The notes beneath the pieces are model-generated. The model searched no databases. It had not been told where the DNA came from and saw nothing but the letters and a program-made list of their open reading frames with translations. A DNA stretch of 61,506 bases, filler included, from Sphacelaria rigidula (Eukaryota): the NCBI GenBank assembly GCA_964200075.2. It is 6 parts of 6 records of this genome, joined end to end, with 100 filler letters (N's around TTAATTAATTAA, not from the genome) between each part and the next. Parts side by side here need not be neighbours in the genome. Positions count along the whole stretch, not along the records: positions 41,075 to 51,240 come from CAXNAA020006999.1; positions 51,341 to 61,506 come from CAXNAA020007000.1; 4 more parts are not named here. The stretch is one strand, 5' to 3'. The position numbers and the translations under genes were made by a program. This document shows positions 46,301 through 59,100 of the stretch, in pieces. Positions within the stretch are counted from its first letter, which is position 1, and every line of letters begins with the position of its first letter.

Positions 46301-46771
46301 ACCCCGGCTCCCGCCCCTCGAGGGCGCGGTCGACCGCTGGGGTCTACGAATGCAGCCAAAGAGGCGAGCGCAGCCAACAACAGCACGACTAACAGCACAC
46401 CTAATGGACCTCGTCACGGCAGCCGCGGGGGTCGCCTAGGCCGTCCGCCAAGCAACAAGCCCCCCGCACCGCCGAAACAACCCGGTCGCATAGGACGGCC
46501 GCCGAACAAACCAGCTCCGGTGGCTGCTGCAAATACGGTGGCGGCTCAAGCGGCTGCTGCTGCGCACGCGGCGTACGGCCGGAGTCAAGCTATGGCTGTC
46601 GTTGCCGCCGCAACTGCCGCTGCTGCGACTTCCGGCGGTGTTAGCGGCGGTGGTGGTGGCGTTGGTGCGCACGGCATGCGCGCCGGCGGAGGGGGCCCTT
46701 ATCATCATCAAACCGACGAGCATAAGGTGCAGCAGCAGCAGCAGCAGTATCCATATCAGCAGCACCACCAC

Positions 46772-46803
<32 letters not shown>

Positions 46804-48688
46804 ACAGCAGCAGAGGGGTAAGAGGCCTCGGGGGGATATGGACGGGGTAGGCTTAACAAGCAGTGGTGGTGGTATTGGTGGGGGTGGTCGAAGCGGCCGT
46901 GCGCCGCCGCCTGCGCCGACATCGTACGCTAGCGCGTCCCACGCGTTTGCGAGGCTGGGTATCCCGGTGGATTTGCCCGGCGGCGGGGCTCACGCAGCGC
47001 GGCAGCAGCTGCACCTACAGCAGACGGTGCAGCAGCTTCAGGCAACGCAGCACCTCCAGCGTCGGCGCGGCCCGTTCGGCGGTGGCGTAGTGCACTACCC
47101 CGAAGGCGCGCGCGGGGCACCTTCGGCCGGCAGGCGTTCTCCCTCTGCAGCCGCCGCCGCTGCGGCAAATGAAGCGGCAGAGATGCCAGTGTGCTTCATG
47201 TGCCACGAGGATGTGTCTCACTGGGGAGAGAACGCAGGTATGTTTTTTTTCAAGTCAAGCTCTACATTTTTTATTCAGTTATCGCCGGACGGATGTCGTC
47301 GGAAGAGAGCAGATTCTCCTGTACGTTTTCGCGTAGCATGCCGTTTCACGGCAAATCGTCGATATCGCCGTGCCCCCCTCCGTCCCCCCTCGTCAACTTC
47401 CCCCTTGTGTATCCCCTGGTTCCCCCATTCATGATTTTTTATGGTGCTGCTGTCAACAACACATATCCCACTGCTTGCTTGACTTTGCATCTGTATCTTG
47501 TACCCAAACGGGCGAGTAAATAAGTGTAAAGGCGGAAACGACGTTTGATTCTTGACGTCCCCTGGTGCACGAGGGTCAAGTGCGTAGTGACGTGTTGAGC
47601 CGTGGTCCTGGACACGTTCGCGGCACTTGGTATCGAAATTTTGCTCACGTGACTCCCTTCGTATCAAAATATATTCTTTGCTGTCACTAAATTGTTGTAG
47701 GTTGTGGTTGGCAGGTTTGGTGGAGTTGATGTTCATTTTCGAATTTTTCAGCACACGGATGAAGCAGGCCGGCCGTCTTGGCTCTTGTGGAAGTATCGAG
47801 CACGACGTAGACTTTGAACTTGTGGGTTTTATGATTGCACGTGACGGGAAGTCGCACGGTTTTTGTAGTAGGGAAGCAAGTACTTGCTCACGAGTAAGCA
47901 GTCGAGCCTTCTTGTGGGCGCTTCTGTTGCTTTAGATGTTGGTCATTGAAGAGCCGAAAAATATTGACTGAGATGCATGTGACAGCTCGTCCATGAAGAT
48001 GAACGTGCCCGAGAATCCCATTTCTTGACTGGCTCTCTACATTCACAAGTATAGGTTCCCTTCCACTCCTGTTTTTTTTGTTTCCGCGCGTGAATAAATA
48101 ATGGACGCAAAGGCTACTCAATTTCACCGTCTGTTGCCTTCATGATCATACCAATACGAAGGGGACCCTTCCCCCCATTCTCCGCATGCAACGCCGAAAA
48201 ACAAACAATACCATTGAAGGCAATGGAGAGGCTATGCGCTGCGCGAAGGTTGGCTGCGAACGGGTCTTCCATGTCACCTGCGTCGCGCACATACTCCAAG
48301 ACGTGGCAGCAAATACCCCCGGGGGTTGCGGGGCAAGAAGTGGTACCTGGACGTGCCCTTTGCACCGCTGCGCCCGCTGTGGCTCGGATGGAGGTGGGGC
48401 AGTGCACGGAACCAATAGTATTAGTAGCGGTAGGAAGAAGGGGTCTAATGGTCTCGGTCGGGCGAGTAGTGGCGGTGGTGGCAGCGGCGGAGGGAGTGGG
48501 CGGGCGTCGGTGACGGGCTGCGATAAGGGAGGCGATGGAGATGGGGACGGGCGGCGACTGTGGCAGTGTACGTGGTGTTCGGTGGCGTTTTGCATGAAGC
48601 ACTTGCCGTCGCAGCTGGCGACAGCGGGAAGGAAGGCGCGCGTGGCTGACGCAAATCAATGCGTTCATTGTAGGTCCCCGTCGCCTAG
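43304..48688 (+). CDS. Chromatin-associated protein: PHD finger, AT-hook-like motifs, poly-Q, NSD-type PHD-C5HCH module (partial gene)
   Basis: Phase-compatible exons 43304-43397, 44696-44797, 45098-45271, 45743-47237 and 48220-48688, with a possible upstream exon ending at 42388. Spliced PHD: CE|MCGDNNEAKGDILLCDSCDAEYHLACCTPPLKACPEGEWFCLTC. AT-hook-like: RGRGRP, RLGRPP, RIGRPP. Second module: CFMC...CAKVGCERVFHVTC...WTCPLHRCARC...CTWCSVAFCMKH...CVHC. Confidence 0.9.
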
Positions 48689-51125
48689 GTGAGCTTGCGT
48701 GTGTTTGTGTGTGTGTGTGTGTTTAAGTGGGCGGGGGGAGGGGGAAGGACGCATGGATGAGATTTTTTCTTCGGTTCTATGTGCTCGCTGTGATACCTGT
48801 GTGACCTTCTCATGATGGTTTCATCACATTGAAAGCCGTGTATTTTTTGTCTATCATCGTCAAAGCCTTCCTGTTTTCTCCCACGAGCCTAAAAATGATC
48901 TCTGTGGCGGAAAATCACTTCGTCCCAGCCCCCCCCCCCCTCCACACACACGCACCACCCTTTTTTTTGCTTGGTAGCACCTCCTACGCTCAAAGTTGTA
49001 TCCGATGAGAGCTCATGGCAGCGGCTTTCCAATGCAGAGATTTCAACCCGTACATGCAAAAGCATATCCTGCAGCAGTTTCAATTTCATTTTTTTTCGCG
49101 CTTTTCTCGATGTCAACGAGGGTGTGGCACATGAAGCCGGCATTGGCGAAATGTCTGAGCGGAACTTTCCACGGTTCGGACAAATTATGCCCGGTTCGAA
49201 TCGTCAAATCCACGATTATTCAGGTTTAATTGTTCAACAAGGAGAAAATAAAGTCTACCGGTGGTCATGGAGATCTCGACACATTTTCTGCACCAATCCA
49301 CGTGCCTGGGCTGCGCGTACCTGTGTTGCAACGCTGAAAACGAAGCCCAAGGATTGATTCGTACGGTACGAATTCATCACACTAAAATTAAGTTATTTCC
49401 AGACGAATCATCAACTGGTCCGACCCGTGAAGCTTTCGATCAGTACCTGAGCCATCCTTGTAAATCGCTGTTTCACCCGGTCTACAGAAGCAGAAAAGAT
49501 GGAATGTTTGCTTCTTGGACATATCCCATATGTCCTTTAGATCTTATCCAAGCGTAATTTTGCTGGGGGGCAATGGAACCGTGGCTCCAGGTACATGTAA
49601 AGCATATACTATAATATACGAACGGGCTTCCGGCATGTTCCTAGCCCACTTCCCTACAGCGCTGTATACCGTGCACGCGTTTCATGGAGCTCTAGTCCGC
49701 ACTGAGATTTGTCTGGCCTGCGGTAAGGCCGATTTATTTTATTTTTTCCCCACGTCTCAAACGACTGTCTCTCTTTTTTTGTTCAAAGATGAAAGGGGTT
49801 AGCGGTGTTCGGCTGTTTGCTGAAGTTATGTACTCGACGTTGACCCCGATGAAGGCTGTCACGGGCAGGAGAGGGTGGTTTGAGCCGGAAGTATTGTGTA
49901 CCACCAGTGGATGTCATCGTCATGAATCGCATCTCAGTCCAGTCCGCCGGTACCGTGAACCGGGAACGCGACCCGAGAGCATCAAAGCGGGCACGTGTTT
50001 TTTGCCGGCAGTTGATGGCTTGAGCGTGTTTTTAGCTTCTCGCCATCTAAAAGTGGCCGGTGGGATATGTTTTCCTCAATTTGATCCTGTGTGGTGGTGT
50101 CTGATAAGCAACGTCGATCAAATACGGCTGTCATGCCCCATCATCATCATCCTAACCATCCGTAGCAAAAGTGTGCCGGCCAGTGGAGTATCAGAAATCA
50201 CAACACCAACTTAAGCAGGCGTTCGAAGGACATGAATGACGCGCTCGTGTGGCGGGGTTATTGTGTGGTGGAGCTCAGCCATTGTAGCGCCTAGTTTTGC
50301 AGGTGGCCTCCTGCTGGCGAATTTATTTCGGGGGTCGTTACAGTTGTTTCCATAGCAGGCACAATGTGAACATGAAAACAGAGGGATCTGTGCCCGCCGG
50401 GTCGTTGCTACTCACATCTTTACGAGCTGGATCAGTTGACAGCAATTCTTGAATGTTTCCGGGCCCGGCTGTGGGTAATTCGAGAAGTTGGGCGCCTAAA
50501 TTTGTACATGACATGTTGATCATCAATACGCACAACCTTCCGGGGGATGCAACGAAAAAACCAACAAGAAACGGAAAGTTGAAGCGATCTGAAGTTTCTG
50601 TGAAAAAGTGGAAAAATGAAAGATGCTGTACCACCGTGAAAATAACGAAATACGTCGGCATTTCTCGGGTTGTTGTGCGTACTTGGGTGCAGGAGATCCT
50701 GGTTCAATTTGGATCAAAAGCACCTCAAATTGAGCGCAGCAAGGCACTTTTAGTGTGACGCCGCTGCGCCCCCTTCAATCCAAGTGACACAAGAGTCTCC
50801 AGTTATGGAGGTAACGAGTTCGAATTCCGACGAGTTCCTTCTTTGTTTGTTCCGTCAGTAAGGTTATACATTGTACAGAACATTTTCTTCAATTTGTTGT
50901 TCACTCAGCGGCAGTGCCGTGCGTTACCAGGATGGTCTGCAGGTCACACCGATATACTCAAGTCGAGCTGACTTGGTAAACTTCACGTTGCTTACGAGTG
51001 TGCAGCGCTGTGTCGGAAAAATGACCGCCGCTGTAAGCACATATGACGTGGGTGTTGGCGAACTTTCTCCTCGTCTTCTCCGCGCGAGGATGTGAAATTT
51101 TCACTCTTTCTTGTTCCTGCAAACA

Positions 51126-51128
<3 letters not shown>

Positions 51129-51178
<50 letters not shown>
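51129..51178. repeat. Poly-C tract (~50 nt)
   Basis: Homopolymer near the contig end; a shorter one lies at 30822-30847. Confidence 0.95.
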
Positions 51179-51184
<6 letters not shown>

Positions 51185-51240
51185 ACTCTATATTTGTTTT
51201 TTTTTGTGGTGCGTGGCGAGCACAGGCAACCGTAGTGTTC

Positions 51241-51340
51241 NNNNNNNNNNNNNNNNNNNNNNNNNNNNNNNNNNNNNNNNNNNNTTAATTAATTAANNNN
51301 NNNNNNNNNNNNNNNNNNNNNNNNNNNNNNNNNNNNNNNN
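51241..51340. other. Artificial contig spacer
   Basis: N44-TTAATTAATTAA-N44. Confidence 0.98.
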
Positions 51341-52729
51341 ACAATATTGGCATCTACTGTAGCAGATTCTATTGCTATCGCAATAGATGCCGTCCATTGT
51401 CCAGGGTGTGCAATCTTTCGTCAACTCCGGTAAAACGGGGGTAGGTCAGGATTCCAAATCAAGAACATACGCAAAAAATACTGGGGAATTCAGCAGAAAG
51501 AAGGGGGGGGGAATTCGGAAGCAGGAGATAAATTGCTACTAAAATAAGCACTTGATGTTTGTGTAGCGTGTATTCTCCCGGAAGTCCTTGGTAGGCACTG
51601 GGGGAGCTCTAGTGGTGGTACAGCAAAGCATTCCTTAGCATGGCGTGATTTGGTCCAGGCTGCCATGTACGTGTTAGCCCCCTCCTCTACACCTCGGACC
51701 GATTATTTCTCCGTACGAAATTTTGAAGGTCCCACTCTCGAAAATTGAGGTGAGGCGGGGTCTGCCAACCACAAATTCGCGTCCAGGTCGGCTTGGCTCG
51801 TATAATTTTACTGAAAATCCTGAATCTGCACAATACACTACCTGATCTACGGGTCTGGGAAGGAGATGTTACAACCGCCTCTTCACCTCATGATAGTCAG
51901 CTCCCGCAAGCTTTCATTCACGTCATGAGCCCTTGCCAGAAGTATTCAAGTCGAGATAATGAAAACAAGACAAAACCGTGACCACAACCAAAGAGTATGA
52001 CGTTCTTCAAAATAATGTCATATCCTTATCCTTTGACCACAACACATCGCTCCATGTTTCGAAGCCGTGAACAAAATTTGGAGCTCGAGAGGTTACTCGT
52101 TGCAAGATCTGTGTTCATGAGTGGGGGAAACGCATCGGAGTGAGTCTAGTAATTTATCATCGTAACAGTTATGTGCGGGAATGGAGGGCCTAACGACCAA
52201 AAATCAGCGGCGAACTAAAAATAATCAGAAACGCGCAGGAGTAATGAAAACGTCAGTAGGTGGTCGCATCTGTGCCGAGGCCCTCTCGAACAGCACGCAC
52301 GCTTCATTACATATAAACATGGTTTACTATGGGACAACTGTAGCATTGGAGATCGCGCGGTTCTCGACACAGGAAGCAAGCCAACCAATGGTACTTCACA
52401 GCCACCCGCATACACACGAGATATAGGGAAACTGGTTTCACATTTTCCTGGCGTCGCGTCAGCGGTGCGGAACCCCCCCCCCCCCCCACAGAGCGCAAAA
52501 CACTTCATTTTTGTACAATTGGGTTTGTTGCAGCTCAGTATCACGCTCAAACAAAAAAGTGTAACAAGTTGACCTATCTTGGGTGTATGGGGAGCGCACG
52601 CAAGAAGCCGCAGTTCGCAATCCTCTGCTTCGTTGCCGAGTTCTAAGCGTTGCGAGATCGGCAATTTTGGGTTGAGGATTAGTATCTAGCGCTATTCGAG
52701 GTCCAACATCGCAAATTAAAAAAAGTCGG

Positions 52730-53750
52730 TGCGCATGTTTTTTTTTTTTGCCGCAAGCAAGTTGTGACATGCAGTTTGGCTGCGTGCCGCCAGGTGCTGC
52801 TGCTTAGTTCTGTGCGGCTGTGCACGAAGGGCAAATTCGCCTTTCAACAGCGAGTATCCCTTCAAGTGTCGAGTTGCAGAGGGAGAGTTCACAGAAGAGC
52901 GACAAAGCTGGTAGCTGCCTCGTGTCAGGGTTCCAGTGCAGAAGCCAAGGCGTCTAGAGCGATTCTTGTACGTGCACTGCCTCACACCTGCTGGTGACTG
53001 TGATGATGTATTTGGTAACTGTCTGCACATTATATATACTAATATACGAGTGAGATGCAAACTACGCGACGTTCGACAAGCTTCGTTTTGGGCTGCATTG
53101 CATGTTTTTTTCTTGCGGCGAGCAATGTGTGACGGTGTTACACTTTTTGGCGTGCCAGTACGTGCTGCTTCGTTCTGTACGGCTGTGCACGAAGGGCAAA
53201 TTCGCCTTTCAACAGCGAGTACCCTTCATGTATTGAGTTGCAGAGGGCGAGGTAACACATGAACTTCAGCTGTTGTGCCTGAGGGCTCCAGCTGAGAAAC
53301 CAAGGCGCGAAGAGCGATTTATATTTTAGACTACGCACTGACCATGTATGAACAGGTCGGCAGAGCCACGATGTTTCACGTGACTGCCTGCACATATTGC
53401 GAGGGATATGTACACCATGCGATTTGCACCAACTTGCATCTTCGACCAAATGCTATTTTTTGGCACCGATCAATGTCATGACATTTGCTTTGGTGGCAGT
53501 CCGCCATGTGCTGCTCTGTTCTGTGGGGATGTGCACGAAGGACAACCTCACGTATCATGAGCGAATGCCCTTTTATCCCTTGGCTTGTGAAGGACGAGTT
53601 CACAGATGAAATACGGCTGTCTTGTGACAGACGTTTTCGAGACTGATCCCAAGGTGTCTACGAGTAGAGCGATTTTTTTTTGATGACGCACTGGCCTTGT
53701 ATGACCAGGTCGGCAGAGCAACAATGTTTCACGTGACTGCCTGCTGTTTA
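52730..53750. repeat. Three degenerate ~360-bp tandem units
   Basis: Anchor tgtgcacgaagg(gcaaattcgcctttcaacagcgagta) at ~52820, ~53185 and ~53531; gtgactg.ctgc motifs also recur. Confidence 0.8.
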
Positions 53751-53789
53751 AACGGGACACTATACAGGCGGGAAGGAGCGCAGTCGGTG

Positions 53790-54250
53790 ACTAACCATTT
53801 CACCTCGCCCACTCCCGCATCACCATCCACCCTGTCTCCGCCGGTCTCACAATTTGTTTTCGTCACGTTTGTCCAACTTCGTCCCTAAAGAGATTTTGAA
53901 ATAAGGGGAAAATTGACGTTGGAGATTTTGATCTGGACAGAGTGTACCAGACCGTGCTCAAGCGACTGATAAGATGGGATTCCTCCCACTCATGCCATCA
54001 CCCTGACCTCACGGGGCCCATGAAAAAATCACTCTCCAATCCCGCAGTCACAGCTATGTGTAGGACATACAGCGCGCAGCCAATCCGCACATGGTGAAAC
54101 TCTTGATCGTCAACACCAACATCATCCTCAGTACGTTCCACATGCGCGACGCTGCTGCTCATGGTTTCCAAATTTTCGTAGTTCCTTCGTTCTAGCACTA
54201 TGTTAGGCCCGCCTCTCACTGCAGTTACGTTGGTGTGTGGCGGCCACAAC
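53790..54250 (-). pseudogene. Decayed hAT-like transposase remnant
   Basis: HVRIGCALYVLHIAV (resembles the hAT CxxH motif) followed, after frameshifts and stops, by QIVRPAETGWMVM (resembles PxxTRW), in the expected order. Confidence 0.5.
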
Positions 54251-54566
54251 TGCTGCTGTTCGTCTTCTTGTCTTTTTATCTTTGCAATGGTGGTAAACGC
54301 GAGGTGGCAGCTCGGGGGCGTGTGCTTCCCGAGTAGTACAGCAGCTGAACACTAGTGCACCAAGACTTCCCACCCACTGATCTGGAGCGAGTTATCCGGA
54401 CGAACAATATCATCTCAACACCGACCACTCACAGGACTGAAGATATGTGCCATGTTTTTAGAACATTTCATGTGAGCCAGGTCGTTGTTTTCAGGTGACG
54501 CATGTGTTTTTGTTTGATATGATTCGCCTGATTACAGTCCAGTTCTTACGCATATAGCGTCCACGA

Positions 54567-54673
54567 TCCATTTTCCCGAAATATAGTACCCAAAATCGCC
54601 CCCCATTCCCACCCATAACAGTTACAGGTGTGAATGGGGCCCGAATTTGGGCACTTTATTTCGGGAAAATGGA
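54567..54673. repeat. 107-nt imperfect hairpin (47-bp arms, 13-nt loop)
   Basis: tccattttcccgaaatatagtacccaaaatcgccccccattcccacc pairs with ggtgtgaatggggcccgaatttgggcactttatttcgggaaaatgga, about 6 mismatches. Confidence 0.9.
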
Positions 54674-55929
54674 CACCGACCAACTTCATGCAGAAGAACT
54701 GAAGCCTACAAGAAACACTGTTTTCGTGACATTAAGAGCAGGGCGTTGGTTGAGTGTGGGTTTGATCATTCGCTTCAACGTGACCAATTTTACAGTCTGT
54801 GTGTGTTTTATTCGCCTGTAAAACTGGCGTGTGATCTCAGCTACATATCGATATCTTACTCGTAGATATCACGGGCTTCAGTAGCAAGCTATACTACAGA
54901 AAGAGTATCAGGCCTCGTGGAGGGGTATTTCGGAACTGAAACTCTTCATTCATTCATTGACCGCTTCTCACTCTCAATCGTATCCTCCACTCTCGATTTC
55001 ACCAAAACATCAAGAGTCAATCAGCATCAATCACGAGTACATGCGTCACCTCGACATGATGACAACGCCCGTACAAAATGTACCATCATTATACTGCATT
55101 CTACAACAAATCTGTGACTGACGTTGCCGTATACGTGTAAACAGGGTTACAACAAGAGGAGGATCGGAACTGCCGCTAGTTTTGTTGTTGTTGTGCCCCC
55201 TTTGTTGCAGTATGTTTTTGTGTCAACCGCGCAACGCGGTTTTCTCGGCAACCATGCGGAGGATTGGACTGCGGTTTGATGCGTGCGCTTCCCACACACC
55301 AGAATTAGTCACTCGCGGTGCGGATTTACGTAACGCGTGTCGCAAAGGCCGCGGCACTCTGCAAACCGCCAGAATGTACTTGAGAGCGCGTTTCCTTCAA
55401 CGCTTTGGGGCTTTTCGGGTCCGTTGTGTCGAATTGAGCAAATCCTCTCCGCGAGTGACCAGGTCTCGTGAATGTGCAGGGGGCTGTGGAGTGCCAAAGG
55501 CCAGTTTGCTTCTTGTCTCGAGAACGACGCGATAAAACATTACAGCTGTCGCGTACTCGTACTACAACTAGGTAACTTGGGATGGAGCGTGTGTTCTGTT
55601 CGGCAGTAGTTCGGCAGGGGTCCGAACACTCCATGATATCTTCATTATTTTCCCACAAACGTTTGGTCGCTATGGCCACCATTTACAATTCACAACCGTA
55701 ACAGTTTTGCCCGTGAATCAGTGTTCAAAATTGGATATCGATACTTGATACGATTTCGATAAATAACGGCCGATACGGCGTATAGCAATCCCCGGTTTCC
55801 AACCCGATATCAGTCGATACGTATCAATATTGATATCGTCAATACATATTTCGGTATACAACACAATTAAGTCGATATATCTATTTCGATGTGCTCTCCA
55901 TTGTGGACGCCGGTCTACACATTTCAGTA

Positions 55930-56100
55930 TTCGTGGGCGCACCAGCCGGGGTCACACAGGAGGAAGGCCCAACACAGGAGTTTTTCCTTTGTTTGTTTGT
56001 TCCAGTTTTCCACCTTCCTTTTGCGGTGTTTGCCTTTGTTTTATATCGCGAGAGGGGTTCCGCAGTCCTTTTCCTTCGTCGACCATCAAGTCGAATATCA
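55930..56100 (-). mobile_element. SINE 3' fragment nested in a TCGATA/CGTAT-rich MITE-like element (~55719-56178)
   Basis: Reverse complement of 30595-30690. Flanks are rich in tcgatac/gtatcg repeats with imperfect ends cagtgttc...gagcacta; no clear TSD. Confidence 0.6.
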
Positions 56101-59100
56101 ATGTAGTAGTGAGGCCTTGCAAGCTGCTTAGCTATCAAAACAGTCGTATCGTATCGTATCGTATCGTATCGAGCACTAGTTTCGAGTATCGATACGTATG
56201 GGGTCAGTTTCGGCGTATCGGAAAAAAAACCCGATATTGTCTTCCCCTTGTCCAAAAACTAAAAATCACTTCCCAGTTTCTGGCAGACTGCATTTGGAGC
56301 GGAACAGATTTGCTCGGTAACTACCAATCAGATCGTCCATTTCGCTTGGGAATCGCCAGGGGAGTAGTCTAAAACCTACTCTTCATGCGGTCTAACTCGT
56401 AGCGCGTTCCAACCCAATACTCAAGTATCATAGATAGTACAGTATTGTACACTGAACACAATACAGTAGTACGGTACAGTGCAGGCCCCCAACGCACAGC
56501 ACCGGCAGGAGTGTCGCAGCAACGGACAACGCGTTGTTCGTCTCACCGAAGACGAAACGGCCAATGCATCCATGAAGTTTCCAACAGTGTGCAGCCAGCA
56601 CTATGTGCCGACTAGCATTGTTTTCTGCAGAGCGAACACAACGACAACATCGCAGCTCGTGCAATCCAAACCGCCTTCGTAATGCGTGAACACATCACGA
56701 CAGTACAGACAGTGGAAACTCCAACAAATGAGAGAGGGCTCGAATGTTTTTGCTGCGGTACAGTAGTGAAACAGGACGGGTCCCATGTTTCAACCCTCCG
56801 TCTGATTATGGAGAGGTCTTCAATCTTGGGCCAGTGCCGAGTTTGAACACCCACCCATAGTTGCGCTTCTTTCAATTCACTTTGGGTTTTCCCCTAGCCT
56901 GTGTGTGTGGGGTTTGGTTTGTAATGCGGGCTTCGCCCGCTTTTTCAACTGCAGCGTTCTTCATTTTCGATATTATGGAGGAATTTGTGTGGGAGAATAT
57001 GTACCTTCCAGTAGATGCTTTCATATTCCGCAGTTTGAGTTGTCTCAGACAAAGAGTGGAGATCATCGCGGGAAGAAGGGCGGGCACTCCCAGCATCAAG
57101 GGCTCGCTTCACGGGCGGTGTGCGGAAGTGGAAAAAGCACCATCACGCATGAGACCCGTCACAGCACACATCGCAAGCGATTGCTACTGAAAAGAGGTCG
57201 CGTCCCGGTAGTACACGGCGAAGTTGTGCAGGGTTCTCTACATACCGGCCCCACCCCGCGTGCACAGATTTCACTTCACACTTCTATGCAGTATATCATG
57301 TGTATGATACTGCTTGCTGTCTGTGAGCACCTGGTACATGGTGTACCGCCCCTCGCTCCGCCACATCTTGTACAGCGGTCGGTGCTGCAGCTAAGCGTGC
57401 ATTTGCCCTAGGTGGCGCACGCAGGAGTAAAAGGCCGCCTCTGCCGCTATAATGCCTGCCTGTATCTTGAGCGGAGCTGTATGGTAATGCAGCCGCTATG
57501 GCGCGCAAGCCGGCTGTAACAATTCATACCGTGGAGATTTCTACTCTGTCTTGAACTGATACTGCGTGCAGTTCCCACTAGGAGTATCGCGCACGTTGCA
57601 GTAGGCAACAGCTCCCATACTGTGCACAGTAAATTGTTTCAAGTTGTATACTGACTGTAGAAAGCTCTCATCCAGGGTGAAATACATTTCCACACATCTT
57701 AGGCGGTGAGATTATGAAGTAATCCACAGCACATGGCCGAAGTGGAAGTGAGGCAATCACCCAAATATTTACGTGCAAAGCCTGTGCGGCCGTACTCTAA
57801 GTTGATAACGCTAGAAGAACACCAGTGCAACGACCATTACGGCTGCCAGCCTGTTAGCATGGCTGTTCCGGTAGTGGTGGGACTATCTGCACCGGGATGT
57901 CGCCCCCAGTGCCAGGTACGCCGGCAAGGGTCCGTGGCACTGCCCAATGGTCGCGCGACAGGAGCTTAACCTTCGACTGTCAAGCTTTTTGAAGCGGAAA
58001 CATTCAGCTCCCACCCCTAATACATCGGACGATGAACGATGCTTCTTTGCTGGGTTTCTTCGAGCGTTCATCCGTAACTGAGCGAAGATTGACGATGAGG
58101 CCGGCAGGATGTTAAAATACCCTCTATAATGGTCATCAGACAGCAGGGTGTTGAAATAAAATAAAATCCCACACACCGTGGGTATCCACCGTATCGGCAC
58201 CGAGTTCATACGTACGGGTCGTTATGAAATAACTAAACTGAAATAATCGATTTTATCGTTGTTTCCCATGATTCTTGTCGGGATCTTCGCCGGATACGTA
58301 CGTTACTCAACCTCTGTCTGCCGCAGAGAGGTAAACAAAAGTGCACTGTTCGGCTATTTGTTGTCCGGGCCTGGTCTGGACTTTATTTCCCCCCGTTGGC
58401 TTGCTACAGCCCAGGGCAGTAGCAGGAGGAGAACTGAAAAAGAGATGCGCAGTCAGCATCGATCATATTTTGATAAGCACCAACAAAGCACCAAGTCAAA
58501 GCAAGCGAAGTGTATACCTTCGAAAATAAGCGGCGTTCAAGCACACGGTATCGTACACACAAAAAGGATACATTAGTGCGTCAGCTATCTGATGCTCCGT
58601 GTGTCGAGTGCTTGGTTGTCTCCAGCGCTGCACCACAACAACTTTTTGTCGCGATACCGACTGTATCTGTATCGCAAGAAGATTCGCCAGCGCTCTTCAG
58701 CCAGTTGGCACCATGCTTGTCATGCATGTCTGTACGATATCGATCAACGCGAGCCATCCAGAACTACAGCACGGCAGCCTACAAAAGGGAGCCAGCAGCA
58801 TTGATGCGTGTAGAGTCCTTTCCTCGGGTTATGGTCCGTCCGAGCAACATGAAACAACACACAACGACGACAATGGAGCGATCTTAAATAATGCCCCGTA
58901 TCCAAGGCCGTGCGGGATGCAGCAGCAACCTAAGCGCAAATGGAGACTGCAACACCAACCCCGGCCACCGCAACCAAACCGCGGGCACGGCGACACTTGG
59001 AAGAAAACGTTGAGTACACTGCCCCGAATACCAATAGACAGAGCACCGTTTTGTGAGACCGCCGCCGTCTTGGATATCATCCTGCCTCCGCACGGTGCTA

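Noticed and set aside
47238-47434. C-terminal part of the 561-aa ORF (MFFFKSSSTFF...)
   Set aside because: Intron read-through past the CAG|GTATGT donor at 47237; the PHD continues at 48220.
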